A stretch of 33,820 nt of DNA from an uncultured Methylococcaceae bacterium (GTDB lineage Bacteria > Pseudomonadota > Gammaproteobacteria > Methylococcales > UBA1147). The stretch spans positions 1 through 33,820 of the forward strand of contig CAZVFR010000002.1 in the NCBI GenBank assembly GCA_964626505.1, in the 5' to 3' direction. The notes under the pieces are model-generated. The model was not told where the DNA came from, made no database searches, and saw only the letters and a list, made by a program, of their open reading frames with translations. Below, piece after piece: positions 1 through 7,614 of the stretch. Every line of letters begins with the position of its first letter. Positions within the stretch are counted from its first letter, which is position 1. Both the position numbers and the translations under genes were made by a program.

Positions 1-108
1 TTCTAGCAATAGAGAGGGTAGGGCGGGATGGAATTTCAGCAGCTACAGATTAATTTTTGGGTCAAAGGACTGGTTGCGTTTTCTATCTGGGTCGTTATTT
101 AACAAAGG

Positions 109-753
109 GTGTCCATGTCGCAGATTTACCAATTATTTTTCAGGGGTTTGTTTACCCTGCTACCGATATTTTTAACGCTGTATATCATTCACTGGTTTTT
201 TTCATCAATTGAGGAATTGTTAAGCCGACATGTGGTATCGGTGATCCCCGATGCTTTGCATTTTCCGGGGATTGGTATTGCGACGGCTATAGTTGTGGTT
301 TTGGCCGTGGGTTTTTTTATGAAAATCTTTGCGGGTGGCAAAGCATTTCATTTTATTGAAGAACAATTTCGAAAAGTACCTGTTATCGGACCGGTATACG
401 GTTTCTTAAAGGACTTAACCAAGCTTTTCGGCTCGGGGCCGGATAAAGAGATGAAACGCGTAGTGCTGGTCAAGATGCCCGCTTTCGATTCCAAAATGAT
501 GGGTTTTGTAACGCGAGACCACTTTGAGGATTTGCCTGAAATGGGAGTCCCGCACGATTCAGTCGCGGTTTACATATCGGGGACTTATTTTTTTGGCGGG
601 ATAACGATGTTTTTCCGCAAGGATCAGGTGGAAGAATTGGATATTTCTCCGGAGCAAGCGCTGAAACTGGTTCTTACGGGCTGGATTAAAGGCGATTTAA
701 AGAAAGGCTTGGCAAATTACCAGCCTGAGGAACCGGCTCAAGACAAAATCTAG
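109..753 (+). CDS. DUF502-family inner-membrane protein
   Basis: 214-codon ORF. GTG at 109; the ATG at 115 lies about 7 nt after AAGGG and may be the real start. Two N-terminal hydrophobic helices (LFTLLPIFLTLYIIHWFF; PGIGIATAIVVVLAVGFF) precede a soluble part containing RKVPVIGPVYGFLKD. This layout and these motifs are what I associate with DUF502. Confidence 0.65.
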   Translation: MSMSQIYQLFFRGLFTLLPIFLTLYIIHWFFSSIEELLSRHVVSVIPDALHFPGIGIATAIVVVLAVGFFMKIFAGGKAFHFIEEQFRKVPVIGPVYGFLKDLTKLFGSGPDKEMKRVVLVKMPAFDSKMMGFVTRDHFEDLPEMGVPHDSVAVYISGTYFFGGITMFFRKDQVEELDISPEQALKLVLTGWIKGDLKKGLANYQPEEPAQDKI

Positions 754-841
754 AAAGTCTAAGGCGCTGTTGCCCGCGGAAGTATCAAATGGCGTAATTA
801 ATAGCGCGGATGGGACACAAGATTATTTTCTGTTCGAATTG

Positions 842-901
842 TATACCTTCCGCGTTCAAGACCGCACCATTAACGACACATTCTCAAACGCGGAAGGTAT
901 A
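842..901. repeat. 15-bp perfect inverted repeat (TATACCTTCCGCGTT / AACGCGGAAGGTATA) with a 30-nt loop, between convergent genes
   Basis: Read directly: arms at 842-856 and 887-901 are exact reverse complements. Neither side has a flanking T-run, so it is not a canonical intrinsic terminator. It may be a 3'-end stabilising hairpin or a protein-binding site. Confidence 0.8.
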
Positions 902-933
902 GATAAAGAAGCTTGTATTCTGATTCTACAAAT

Positions 934-2634
934 TCAATTTCCTAGTGGATTAAGATCCCCGACCTTTGCCAACAACTCGGGCATTGAAAAGGTTAATCCA
1001 GGTTGGTCTTTGAAAATATTAATCTTGCTGTTGCTAACCAGACCGATAAAGGTTTCGGCCAATATCCGGCTGCCCACGGGGCCAAGCGACGTGCCATCGT
1101 GGCGGATTTTCGCTTCTCTCAAAACGTAGTACCACAAAGGCGTTTCGTTGTGGAAATTGTTAGCTTCAACGATTGCAGTGTGTGGTCCTGCCGCGATTTC
1201 CTCGGGAGTTATCGGTACAAAATTGATTCCCGCATGGGTCATGGCCTCGGCCACCTGTTGCCCGGTCGCGAGTTCCATCAAGCGTCCACGAAGCAGATTT
1301 CGCGTAGCCAGAGAAAAAAGAATCTTCTTCTCCTCGTCAGGCATGGCCGCAACTTTAGGATCGCGTTGGATTTCCGGTAGCGTGCTGAGGTCCATCGCCA
1401 AACTCGCATCGATTTCGCGAGTCAGGTTCATATCAGGATGACTGCTAACGCCTTGTACCCCGGAAAAATCATACATTCGTGTCCAATCCACTACCCAATT
1501 TGAGGGCAAGGTGGGCAAGCCAAAGAATGGAGGGTCGTCATCCGGGTTGGGTGTCCGCGTACCACTAACGCCGGAGAATTCGAACAGCAGATCAAATGTG
1601 GCCGGCACGCCGCCCGCCAAGCTATTGAATACACGGTTCCATTCGTACTGCGGTCTCACCATGCTGTGACCTAAACGATAGGCCGCCACGGAGAACTCGA
1701 TTGGCATACATTGCGCCAAATCATCCTTATAAAATTTTCGTCCGTTAATCAGGACATCCTGTAACACGCCTTGTTCCATGATGCGCGGTAGAAAGTCGGT
1801 CATCACGATGGATTGATAGTGTAAAACGACTTCTTTACGTGCAGCATCAAAAAGCGCTTGGCCACTCAAGCCTGTGCTGGCTTGAATTTCATCGACGATT
1901 TTGTTGTGGAATTTAAGAAAGGCCACATGCGTTTGTGCTACCGCGAGATTTTCGTCATTGCGTCCATCACCAATAATAGCGGTAGGATCTGTATCGCTCT
2001 TTCTGGGCAAGTCATTTGGCGTGCCCCCTGGGATTGGGCCTCCGGGTGGTCCAACGGGTGTGGGACTGGTTAAGCCAACCTTCAGATGAACCTTGTCGGC
2101 TTCATACATATCGGGCGAATCGACTGGGCCCATGCCGTAGACACTATCCAAATCCAAACTAGGCGTGCGTTGATTAAAAAATGCCTCAGGATCGATGACT
2201 CCATCAGGACTCAATTCCATCTCCTGCGGCGTTGCGGTTATATCGTGATCGATGAACTGACCAAGATAGGTATAGCCTCCAGGAATATCTGAATCGCCCG
2301 CGACCGTGATCATGGCGAATGTTTCCGTTTCTATCGCGAGACCGAGGTCAATGAGTCCGGTGGCGTTGGGTTGCGTTCCTTTTTCAAATAAACGGCAAAA
2401 TATCCGTTTGGGTGGTTTTTTATGCGGATCCGGTATCGTGCTTGGATACGGGTCATCGTTATCGTTCGGTTGCTCCGGTTTCTGATAATGAGTGTCCATC
2501 CATGGCGGATGCGATAATATTTTCTTTATTCGACCAAACGAATATTTAAGTGTGTCCCTGGAAAACAAAGAGCCGACAACACGACTTATCTTATCACCGT
2601 CTTTAAAATAGTAATTTTCAGGACCGTGTTTCAT
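934..2634 (-). CDS. Haem peroxidase of the peroxidase-cyclooxygenase (animal haem peroxidase) superfamily
   Basis: 566-aa ORF with the family signatures: distal-His block YLGQFIDHDIT, catalytic-Arg block DGRNDENLAVAQTHVAFLKFHN, and proximal-His block AAYRLGHSMV. No N-terminal signal peptide is visible. The N-terminus is charged and Pro-rich. Confidence 0.8.
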   Translation of the reverse strand: MKHGPENYYFKDGDKISRVVGSLFSRDTLKYSFGRIKKILSHPPWMDTHYQKPEQPNDNDDPYPSTIPDPHKKPPKRIFCRLFEKGTQPNATGLIDLGLAIETETFAMITVAGDSDIPGGYTYLGQFIDHDITATPQEMELSPDGVIDPEAFFNQRTPSLDLDSVYGMGPVDSPDMYEADKVHLKVGLTSPTPVGPPGGPIPGGTPNDLPRKSDTDPTAIIGDGRNDENLAVAQTHVAFLKFHNKIVDEIQASTGLSGQALFDAARKEVVLHYQSIVMTDFLPRIMEQGVLQDVLINGRKFYKDDLAQCMPIEFSVAAYRLGHSMVRPQYEWNRVFNSLAGGVPATFDLLFEFSGVSGTRTPNPDDDPPFFGLPTLPSNWVVDWTRMYDFSGVQGVSSHPDMNLTREIDASLAMDLSTLPEIQRDPKVAAMPDEEKKILFSLATRNLLRGRLMELATGQQVAEAMTHAGINFVPITPEEIAAGPHTAIVEANNFHNETPLWYYVLREAKIRHDGTSLGPVGSRILAETFIGLVSNSKINIFKDQPGLTFSMPELLAKVGDLNPLGN

Positions 2635-3125
2635 AATATCTCTCCTTTGATTGAAACAGTCTAGAGATGAAATGCTCTTCCCAAGTTCGAATGGGTCTGA
2701 GCGCTATCATTGTTGCGCACGCTACCGCGCAGCGATGAAATTCAATGTGTCTGATTCGACGAGTAATCGTAGCCATTCGGCGCATCCGGATTTAGTGGCA
2801 TGACTACGCCAACACGCTGGGTTGTGACGCAAGGTTGACGACACATGATGTAACCGACGGGCGGCCATATGAACAGTTACATGGGGCATGCTGGATGGTT
2901 ACGAATAGTTTTATTAATAGAGGCCCATAAACTTCATGGGTACCAGAATACAAATGAAACTAAATCGGATTATTCCGCTTATTAGCGTAGTTGTCTGTAA
3001 ATTGTTTCACTAGGATTTAGTGAAATAGTTACTTTTTTGGAGGCCTGGATCCGATCCTGATAGGCGGTTATGTCATGCGGAGAATGGCGCCGTAGAAAAG
3101 GGTATTTACAACGCCATATTGAGTT

Positions 3126-4535
3126 TCAGCTGTTTATCAAAAGATGTACGTAGATGCTTGCGGCGTAACCCAGAGCAATTACCGGGGTCCATTTCAAATG
3201 GCTAAAAAAGGTATATTGTCCGCGTGCTTGTCCCATCAACGCCACACCCGCTGCTGAGCCGACCGACAACATACTGCCGCCAACGCCGGCTGTCAGCGTG
3301 ACTAATAACCACTGAACCTCGGGCATGTCGGGGTTCATTGTCAGGACCGCGAACATTACGGGTATGTTGTCGACGATCGCTGACATGATTCCGACCAATA
3401 TATTAGCGGTTGTTGCGCCAAGCTCACCGTAAATAAATTCCGATACCAGGCTTAAATAGCCGATGAAGCCTAGCCCGCCGACAGCCATAATTACGCCGTA
3501 GAAAAAGAACAGGGTATCCCATTCAGATCCGGCTATATGCTTGAATACGTCAAATTTGCCGCCCTGGCCTTCCGAGCCCGGGGTTGCGTCAAAATCGGCT
3601 TTTTCTTCCTTGTGTGTTTTGTGTAGGTAGTATCCGAATAGCTTGAGGTAAGCGAGCCCCGTCAGCATGCCGATTACCGGGGGAAGATGCAGAAAATTGT
3701 GGAAACTGACCGCGGTCACGATGGTACACAGAAACAGTACGATAATTACAATCCCACCGCGTTGAATCTTGGCCGTCTCGGCATCAGAAATTGCGGGCGG
3801 TTTATCCGCCGGAACGAACGCATACATGATTGCGGCAGGTATGACAAAATTAACCAACGATGGCAGAAATAGCTTAAAGAAAACGCTAAATCCAACAATC
3901 CCTTTCTGCCATACCATTAAGGTCGTGATGTCGCCAAACGGACTGAAAGCGCCTCCCGCATTGGCGGCGACCACGATATTGATGCAGGCAAGCGCGACAA
4001 AACGTGGAGCATTCGATCCTACGGCTAAAATAACCGTGCACATGATTAATGCGGTGGTTAGATTGTCGGCAATCGGTGAGATAAAAAAAGCCAGTATGCC
4101 GGTCAGCCAGAATAATGCGCGATAGCTAAAACCTTTGGCAACCAGCCAGTGGCGCAATGCGTCGAATACGCCCCTCTCGATCATCGCGTTAATATAAGTC
4201 ATTGCGACTAACAGGAAGAAGAACAATTCTGCGTATTCCAGAAAGTTGTGGCGCAATGCAACTTCTACGGCTTCATCGTAACCGTGGGACTTATAAGCGA
4301 TGGCTATAACCACCCATATCAGGCCGGCGGCGAGAAGTACGGGTTTGGATTTATGCAGGTGTAGCTGTTCTTCAAAAATAACCAGTGCGTAGGCTATTAC
4401 GAAGATGATCAGTGCGATAAACCCGGCAGTATGATCGGTTAGGTCGAGCCTGTCATGCGACGCTTCCGAGCCAAACGCGGCCATTGGCAGGAATAGAAAA
4501 GCCAATCCTAAGGTTAAGTGAGTAAGATTTTTCAT
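3126..4535 (-). CDS. nhaD: NhaD-type Na+/H+ antiporter (ArsB/NhaD permease superfamily)
   Basis: 469-aa polytopic membrane protein with more than 10 hydrophobic segments. Blocks such as ISPIADNLTTALIM and GGAFSPFGDITTLMVW look NhaD-like to me. Subfamily assignment is from memory only. Confidence 0.6.
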   Translation of the reverse strand: MKNLTHLTLGLAFLFLPMAAFGSEASHDRLDLTDHTAGFIALIIFVIAYALVIFEEQLHLHKSKPVLLAAGLIWVVIAIAYKSHGYDEAVEVALRHNFLEYAELFFFLLVAMTYINAMIERGVFDALRHWLVAKGFSYRALFWLTGILAFFISPIADNLTTALIMCTVILAVGSNAPRFVALACINIVVAANAGGAFSPFGDITTLMVWQKGIVGFSVFFKLFLPSLVNFVIPAAIMYAFVPADKPPAISDAETAKIQRGGIVIIVLFLCTIVTAVSFHNFLHLPPVIGMLTGLAYLKLFGYYLHKTHKEEKADFDATPGSEGQGGKFDVFKHIAGSEWDTLFFFYGVIMAVGGLGFIGYLSLVSEFIYGELGATTANILVGIMSAIVDNIPVMFAVLTMNPDMPEVQWLLVTLTAGVGGSMLSVGSAAGVALMGQARGQYTFFSHLKWTPVIALGYAASIYVHLLINS

Positions 4536-4678
4536 GCATATATCCTTAAGGCAAGAAAGTTAAATCTGTTTAGTATACTGCATCGCAACAAAGGCGGGGT
4601 GATTTGAACCGACAAACAGGGCGGCGGAATGGTCGTGACGATGCCTGACGGATGAAGTGCGGCAAAGAGGCGTAGAAG

Positions 4679-4724
4679 GCACCAATATAGTGCGTTATTC
4701 GATTGTAATCGGCTATATTGGTGC
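4679..4724. promoter_or_regulatory. 12-bp perfect inverted repeat (GCACCAATATAG N22 CTATATTGGTGC) with a nested CGATT/AATCG pair, upstream of nhaD
   Basis: Read directly. It lies about 145-190 nt upstream of the nhaD start (4535, minus strand), in the divergent nhaD/porin intergenic region. Confidence 0.45.
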
Positions 4725-4956
4725 GAAATAGTTTGTTCTGCTTCAAAAGTGTGCAGATAAACCATTGTTTTATAGTATATCATGTTTAGGTATGAATATT
4801 GCTTGTTTATAATGTGTTGCGAATAATAAACAATTTATTAGATTGGTCTCGGAAAAACGACCGTTAATTCAGTTTGATACTGATGATCTTATAATAATCT
4901 ATATAATTCTGTAGCTTACAAGGTTCGCACTATTGTTGTATAAGTGCTACAGTATA

Positions 4957-4972
4957 AGAATGTCAACATTCT
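4957..4972. promoter_or_regulatory. Palindrome AGAATG-TCAA-CATTCT upstream of the beta-barrel porin gene
   Basis: 6+6 bp dyad with a 4-bp spacer, about 55 bp upstream of ATG 5028. Candidate operator. No known consensus assigned. Confidence 0.25.
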
Positions 4973-5027
4973 AGTTTTGAATGGGGAGACATATCCATTT
5001 AGTTAAATGCTTCGAAAGGGGGGCAAT

Positions 5028-6203
5028 ATGTTAGTTAATCATACATTTCGGACTAAGCTGCTGATGTTGATCGGTGGCTTATTTTTTGCGGGGTCAGTAT
5101 TGGCCAACGGCGATGAACCCAAAGGTATAGTGGAAGACCTATCGGGATTTAATATCAACAATAACGGTTTCCTACAAGACCTGGGTATCAGGTTTGACGG
5201 TTGGGCCGCAGCTGGTATCGGTGGAAACCCAAGAGGTTCGGCCGACGGGCTTAATGGACCGGTTACGTTCAATGACCGGACCAACCGTGTGACCTTGAAT
5301 CAGTTCTGGCTTTACGCCGAAAGAGAAGTGAACACTGAGGGTGATGCATGGGATGTTGGATTCCGGGCTGATTTTCTCTATGGTACCGACGCGCGTTTTA
5401 CCCAAGCGAAAAACTTCTTGGACGAAAAGGCGATCAATGCTCCGTACTATCAATTAGCGGTTCCTCAGGCCTATATCGATGTGTTTGCGCCGATCGGCAA
5501 TGGTTTAACCGCGAGGATCGGTCATTTTTATACTATTATTGGCTATGAAGTGGTAACTGCGCCGGACAATTTCTTTTTCTCCCATGCCTATACCATGCAA
5601 TACGGCGAGCCGTTTACGCACACCGGTGTTTTGTTGACTTACTCGGTCAATGATAACGTGAGTGTTACCGGGGGTGTGACATCGGGATGGGATGCGTTTT
5701 TCCAGGACCCACCCAACTTTCTTGGCAGTGTCAATTTCTCATCTGACGATGGAGCGACTTCATTGGCTCTTGCTTTGAGTTCGGGTGACGCATCGCAAGC
5801 CAATAGACACAATCGCACCCTGTACAGTGTCGTGTTAAGCCATGATTTTACCGAGAATCTGCACTGGGTATTCCAGCACGATCTTGGCAGGGAGACCGAT
5901 GCGGTCGCTCCGGGTCGGTCGGCATCATGGTACGGAATTAATAATTACCTGACCTATGACGTCAACGAGACAGTAGGTGTCGGTGCACGTGTCGAATGGT
6001 TCCGTGATGAAGATGGCGTACGGGTTGGATTTGGAAGCAACAGTTTTTTCGCGTTTACCGGTGGGGTCAACTGGTCGCCTCTGCCTTGGCTTAAAGTTCG
6101 TCCCGAAGTGCGTTACGACTTCACCACGAGTGCTCCTGCGTTCGATGGTGGTAGACGGAAAAATCAGATCTTGATATCCACGGATTTGATTGTGCAGTTC
6201 TAA
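5028..6203 (+). CDS. Outer-membrane beta-barrel porin (OmpL-like / 'beta-barrel porin-2' type)
   Basis: The ORF track starts at 5007, but ATG 5028 follows the RBS AAAGGGGGG. Signal peptide LMLIGGLFFAGSVLANG. Alternating beta-strand pattern and a C-terminal aromatic end ...DLIVQF. Blocks GIRFDGW, FNDRTNRVTLNQ and GHFYTIIGYEVVTAPDNFFFSH resemble that porin family. Confidence 0.7.
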   Translation: MLVNHTFRTKLLMLIGGLFFAGSVLANGDEPKGIVEDLSGFNINNNGFLQDLGIRFDGWAAAGIGGNPRGSADGLNGPVTFNDRTNRVTLNQFWLYAEREVNTEGDAWDVGFRADFLYGTDARFTQAKNFLDEKAINAPYYQLAVPQAYIDVFAPIGNGLTARIGHFYTIIGYEVVTAPDNFFFSHAYTMQYGEPFTHTGVLLTYSVNDNVSVTGGVTSGWDAFFQDPPNFLGSVNFSSDDGATSLALALSSGDASQANRHNRTLYSVVLSHDFTENLHWVFQHDLGRETDAVAPGRSASWYGINNYLTYDVNETVGVGARVEWFRDEDGVRVGFGSNSFFAFTGGVNWSPLPWLKVRPEVRYDFTTSAPAFDGGRRKNQILISTDLIVQF

Positions 6204-6257
6204 AGGAATCCGAGCTAGGAGATCGCTGGTTTATAAAGCGCTTTCCTAGAGTGGAAC

Positions 6258-6286
6258 AAAAAGGCGGCCTCTAGGCCGCCTTTTTT
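6258..6286. terminator. Bidirectional rho-independent terminator
   Basis: AAAAA-GGCGGCC-TCTA-GGCCGCC-TTTTTT. It has a 7-bp GC stem, a 4-nt loop, an A-tract on one side and a T-tract on the other. It sits between the convergent genes ending at 6203 (+) and 6311 (-). Confidence 0.9.
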
Positions 6287-6310
6287 GTATTACGAAGTGT
6301 GGTTGTTGGA

Positions 6311-6826
6311 CTATTCACTTTGCTCTGTGTTCGCCTGTATACGCGTTCGGCGCCTCGAAGCGATAAGCGAAGCGCTGACGGCGATCAGCAACGTGGCCAA
6401 AGAAATTTCCAGCAATAAAAATGCACCGATTTTGAAATAGGCGAATCCAGGATGGACGAATCGAACCAGCCATCCGCCAGCTTCGTTGAGCAAGGCGCCT
6501 AAATAGGTCAGTCCGCTCAGCCAAATCTTAAGCTGGACCGGTAAATCGGTCATCAACATCAAATGGGTCAGTGTTAATACCAAAATTCCTATCGCAAAAA
6601 CATGAAAGTGAGCGGTTTCTAATAGACTTTGGTAACTTTTAGGCTGGCTGAAGTCTTGTTCGGACCCGAGGTAATACGCAACGACCGAATCGGGATTCAA
6701 TCCCATCTTATGAAAATACAACATACCGTTACTGATCCATAGTAGGGCAATATAACCCAGAAACATCAGGATCAGCGCATTCATAAGCATCTGCCGGTTT
6801 TGCTCGCCGGTTACGAAGAATCGCAT
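6311..6826 (-). CDS. Small four-TM membrane protein of unknown function with conserved-looking histidines
   Basis: 171 aa with four hydrophobic helices. His residues lie at or within helices (YFHKMG, TAHFHVFAIG, LTLTHLML, RFVHPGF). The start is only 8 bp after the stop of the FMN_bind gene, so co-translation or an operon is likely. I do not recognise the family. Confidence 0.6.
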   Translation of the reverse strand: MRFFVTGEQNRQMLMNALILMFLGYIALLWISNGMLYFHKMGLNPDSVVAYYLGSEQDFSQPKSYQSLLETAHFHVFAIGILVLTLTHLMLMTDLPVQLKIWLSGLTYLGALLNEAGGWLVRFVHPGFAYFKIGAFLLLEISLATLLIAVSASLIASRRRTRIQANTEQSE

Positions 6827-6834
6827 GGGTTAGA

Positions 6835-7407
6835 CTACCTTTTGGCCAAATCCGGATTTTTCTGCTGTTTTGCGAGTATCATGCGGTGGATCGCGAGCAC
6901 CTTGCGTACACTGCTGAGCGCCTCCCGGGTACTTAATGTTGCCCCCGTAATTCCCTGGACTCCGGTGTTAAAATCAAGTTCTTCCAAGACTCTGTGATAA
7001 AGTTGCGCAAACCATTTGCCGGACGGCTGATATTCGGGGGGTTCATGGAATGCCAGAACGTGAATGGCTTTGGGTTCGCCCTCAGGCGTGAGCACGATAA
7101 GCAGGGTTTCCGGTCTAGTTCTTACCGTGTGGCTTTCTATCGCTGCATAGCCGATGATCTTGCCTTCTTGCTTGCCAACATAAAATGTAAACAAGGCGGA
7201 GTCTATTTTGACGCGCGCCAAGCGCTCAGTTTGGTGTATTTGTTCTTCGGTGAAAAAAATCGGCAGCATTTCAACCTTCGCGTTATTACCAAAAGCCAGT
7301 TCCATGGCCTCGCTTTTACTGTAATAAATTTTGCCGATGGTGTTTCCAGTGACTAGCATCAGCGCCAGAATGCCCAAAAACCAGATTCTAAATCTAAAAT
7401 TTTTCAC
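6835..7407 (-). CDS. Membrane-anchored or secreted FMN-binding (FMN_bind) domain protein
   Basis: 190 aa with a GTG start. N-terminal hydrophobic anchor IWFLGILALMLVTG. FMN_bind-like core (GKIIGYAAIE...ETLLIVLTPEG) ends in VQGITGATLSTREAL, which matches the [ST]GA[ST] covalent flavinylation motif of NqrC/RnfG-type domains. Confidence 0.75.
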   Translation of the reverse strand: MKNFRFRIWFLGILALMLVTGNTIGKIYYSKSEAMELAFGNNAKVEMLPIFFTEEQIHQTERLARVKIDSALFTFYVGKQEGKIIGYAAIESHTVRTRPETLLIVLTPEGEPKAIHVLAFHEPPEYQPSGKWFAQLYHRVLEELDFNTGVQGITGATLSTREALSSVRKVLAIHRMILAKQQKNPDLAKR

Positions 7408-7614
7408 GGTTACAGTTGCATGTTTAGTGGATGGTAGCTCAGGCCAACGTCCGGTTACAGTTAAGGAAACTCAAATAACTTATCTTTGAGTTGCCGGAAC
7501 ACCGTTTACGCAAAACGCGGTTATGCATAATGTAAAAAATTAACCACTTAGAGCGTTTACTTAGCAGCCCGTCCCTGGGCCGCGAAACTTTACTTTTGAT
7601 TAATCATAACGTCC

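Noticed and set aside
1-108. Possible gene end or 24-codon ORF (28-102) at the left edge
   Set aside because: It is too short to evaluate, and the open frames here have non-protein-like composition.
770-1441. Plus-strand ORFs of 119, 125 and 97 aa (770-1129, 1003-1380, 1148-1441)
   Set aside because: They overlap the 3' part of the peroxidase gene on the opposite strand. Their composition is not protein-like and the peroxidase frame is supported by family motifs.
2635-3125. 490-bp gap between the peroxidase gene and nhaD, checked for a small gene or RNA. It includes the hairpin TTTCACTA-GGATT-TAGTGAAA (3005-3025) followed by T6.
   Set aside because: Only 22-23-codon ORFs without an RBS are present. 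The hairpin plus T-run is on the plus strand, where no upstream gene exists. I have no basis to call an sRNA without expression data.
4532-4783. 83-aa minus-strand ORF immediately upstream of nhaD
   Set aside because: It lies in the promoter and inverted-repeat region and its stop overlaps the nhaD start. It has no RBS or family resemblance. It is more likely non-coding leader or promoter DNA.
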